Positions 61,821 to 64,000 of a DNA stretch of 64,000 nucleotides are shown here, piece by piece (position 1 is the stretch's first letter; every line of letters begins with the position of its first letter). The notes under the pieces are model-generated. The model saw only the letters and a list, made by a program, of their open reading frames with translations. It did no database searches and was not told where the DNA came from. This DNA comes from Eledone cirrhosa (taxonomy: Eukaryota): contig OZ024751.1 in the NCBI GenBank assembly GCA_964016885.1, forward strand, positions 50,406,001 through 50,470,000, given 5' to 3'. The translations under genes and the position numbers were made by a program.

Positions 61821-62597
61821 CACCACCAGGCTCTTGTTTACCTTTAGTAGAGTCCATTGTTGTCACACTACCACCTGGCTCTTGTTTACCTTTAGTAGAG
61901 TCCATTGTTGTCACACTACCACCTGGCCCTTGTGTGTCTATAGTAGAGTCCATTCTGTTGTCACACTACCACCTGGCTCTTGTTTACCTTTAGTAGAGTC
62001 CATTGTTGTCACACTACCACCTGGCCCTTGTTTACCTTTAGTAGAGTCCATTGTTGTCACACTACCACCTGGCCCTTGTGTGTCTATAGTAGAGTCCATT
62101 CTGTTGTCACACTATCACCTGGCTCTTGTTTACCTTTAGTAGAGTCCATTCTGTTGTCACACTACCACCTGGCCCTTGTGTGTCTATAGTAGAGTCCATT
62201 CTGTTGTCACACTACCACCTGGCTCTTGTTTACCTTTAGTAGAGTCCATTGTTGTCACACAACCACCTGGCCCTTGTGTGTCTATAGTAGAGTCCATTCT
62301 GTTGTCACACTACCACCTGGCTCCTGTTTACCTTTAGTAGAGTCCATTGTTGTCACACTACCACCTGGCCCTTGTGTGTCTATAGTAGAGTCCATTCTGT
62401 TGTCACACTACCACCTGGCTCCTGTTTACCTTTAGTAGAGTCCATTGTTGTCACACTACCACCTGGCCCTTGTGTGTCTATAGTAGAGTCCATTCTGTTG
62501 TCACACTACCAGCTGGCTCTTGTTTACCTTTAGTAGAGTCCATTCTGTTGTCACACTACCACCTGGCCCTTGTGTACTTTCAATAGAGTCCATTCTA
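61821..62597. repeat. 48/50-bp minisatellite, about 16 units of two variants
   Basis: cactaccacctgg[ctcttgtttaccttt|cccttgtgtgtctat]agtagagtccatt(ct)gttgtca. Confidence 0.95.
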
Positions 62598-63299
62598 TTG
62601 CAAACATTTAGAGCAGGTTTCCAATTTAAGGATACTTTCCTTCCCTTCCACCTTCCAGTCTCAAAAAGGGTCATGAGTTCTATTCTTCCCTCCTTGAACA
62701 AACAGTAAAAAATAAAAGAACCCAAATCAGCCCTAAATAGAGTAAACCTATGATGAAAGGCATTCCAGCCATGACTATCCTGTCTTGTATAACTAGGACT
62801 ACACTACCAAATGTGACCTTCCTTTCTTTTTTCCAAATGGTAGGCTGTGATTTGAGAGATATCTGGCTGTTATTTAGAGCAGGTCAATGGTCAAATAGAA
62901 GCCCTTTTCTTCATATTGGTTTGTGTAAGAAGTATTATGTTGTATGGCAGGGAAACTTTACTTGACGTCCATTTTCTCTGCTAGCAAAAGTTGGTTGGGT
63001 CTTCAGAGACCAAGCCAGTACTTAGCTTTCATTGAGAGTGTGGTGTGTGTTCATTTCCAACTTAGTAGATTTAGATAAATTTCTTCAAACTTTTTCCAGA
63101 TCCTCTGAGATGGTAAAATTGATATGGCCTTCATGTGGCAAACTATAAACATCTGCTAGCTCAATGTTTGCAGGACAGAAATTTGAGACCAAGATGGATA
63201 ATCAAGTATTTTAAAATTGATTTGTAATGGACTGTGCAGTCTATTCCACTATGTAGAAGAAATATATACTCCACTTCTTCCTCTAAATAAAACATTATT

Positions 63300-63520
63300 A
63301 TTGTTAGATCCTTAGAATCTTTAGAGTGTTGGACAAAATGCTTTGCAGTATTTTGTTACGGACCTCTGTGTTCTGAGTTCAAATCCTATCAAAGTCAACT
63401 TTGTCTTTTATTTTTCTGGAGTCAATAAAATAAAGTACAAATGATGTACTGAGGTTGATTTAATTGACTAACTCCCTTTGGCAAATTTTTGGCCTTGTAC
63501 CTATATTAGAGCCATTATCA
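63300..63520 (+). mobile_element. Old tRNA-derived SINE of a second family
   Basis: B-box-like gagttcaaatcc, then gtcaactttgtcttt...gtcaataaaataaagtac...ggccttgtacctatattaga. Confidence 0.65.
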
Positions 63521-63689
63521 TCATACTAGAAAGATAAACAGATTGAGAGGTTGATAAATGTATATAAATGTATATATGTATATATATAAATGTAAGAAAA
63601 GAGGATGTGGGAAGGAAGGAAAGAAGGAATTTGGGCTGATATAAGTAAAAAGGAAATATCTAGGTTATAGTGTATGTAGCTCAGCATGA

Positions 63690-63917
63690 GGATCATCATC
63701 ATCATCATCATCATCACAATCATCACCAGAATCACCATCATCATCAGTACCATAACCACGACCATCAACATCATCATCATCAGTACCATCACCACGACCA
63801 TATCACCACCACCATCATCATCATCAACAGCACCATCATCTTCACCATCACAATCGTCTTCATCCTCACCACTGCCATCTTTGTCCTCACAATCAGTATC
63901 ACCCCATCATCATCATC
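63690..63917. repeat. Degenerate (CAT/CAC)n trinucleotide repeat
   Basis: Directly visible. Confidence 0.9.
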
Positions 63918-64000
63918 TGTAGCTGCAGCTGTCCATATGTTCAGGAAGTTGATAACATCTAACAGTCATGGTAGATGCTCTATATACATTATATATATAA

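Noticed and set aside
61821-62597. CRISPR-like repeat/spacer array
   Set aside because: The variable parts are only two recurring variants, not unique spacers; eukaryotic context, no cas genes.

Overview
AT-rich eukaryotic DNA with no recognisable host exon. The SINE/LINE repertoire and extreme (TA)n content suggest an octopod cephalopod (inference). About 13.5-55.6 kb is one large degenerate (TA)n/(TATG)n field containing many unrelated retroelements: young RTE-clade LINEs whose RT carries an inserted PHD finger, two CR1-group LINEs (one apparently full length), a restriction-like-endonuclease (R4/Dong-type) 3' fragment, Penelope-like elements, six copies of a ~610-bp non-autonomous RTE-derived element, and tRNA SINEs. 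The strongest signal is not visible in the ORF track: a set of minimal type I hammerhead ribozymes read by eye. The best case is a non-coding, hairpin-rich 469-bp head-to-tail repeat (22168-23031) with one perfect hammerhead per unit on the minus strand, a candidate retrozyme/circular-RNA retroelement. A second hammerhead sits in a long fold-back (36969-37468), a 360-bp palindrome carries one on each strand (49721-50080), and others lie at 38370, 49346 and 56195. The flanks hold old LINE fragments, piggyBac-like and Tc1-like MITEs, a mariner relic and a 48/50-bp minisatellite. All folds and alignments were done manually, and boundaries next to TA runs are approximate.
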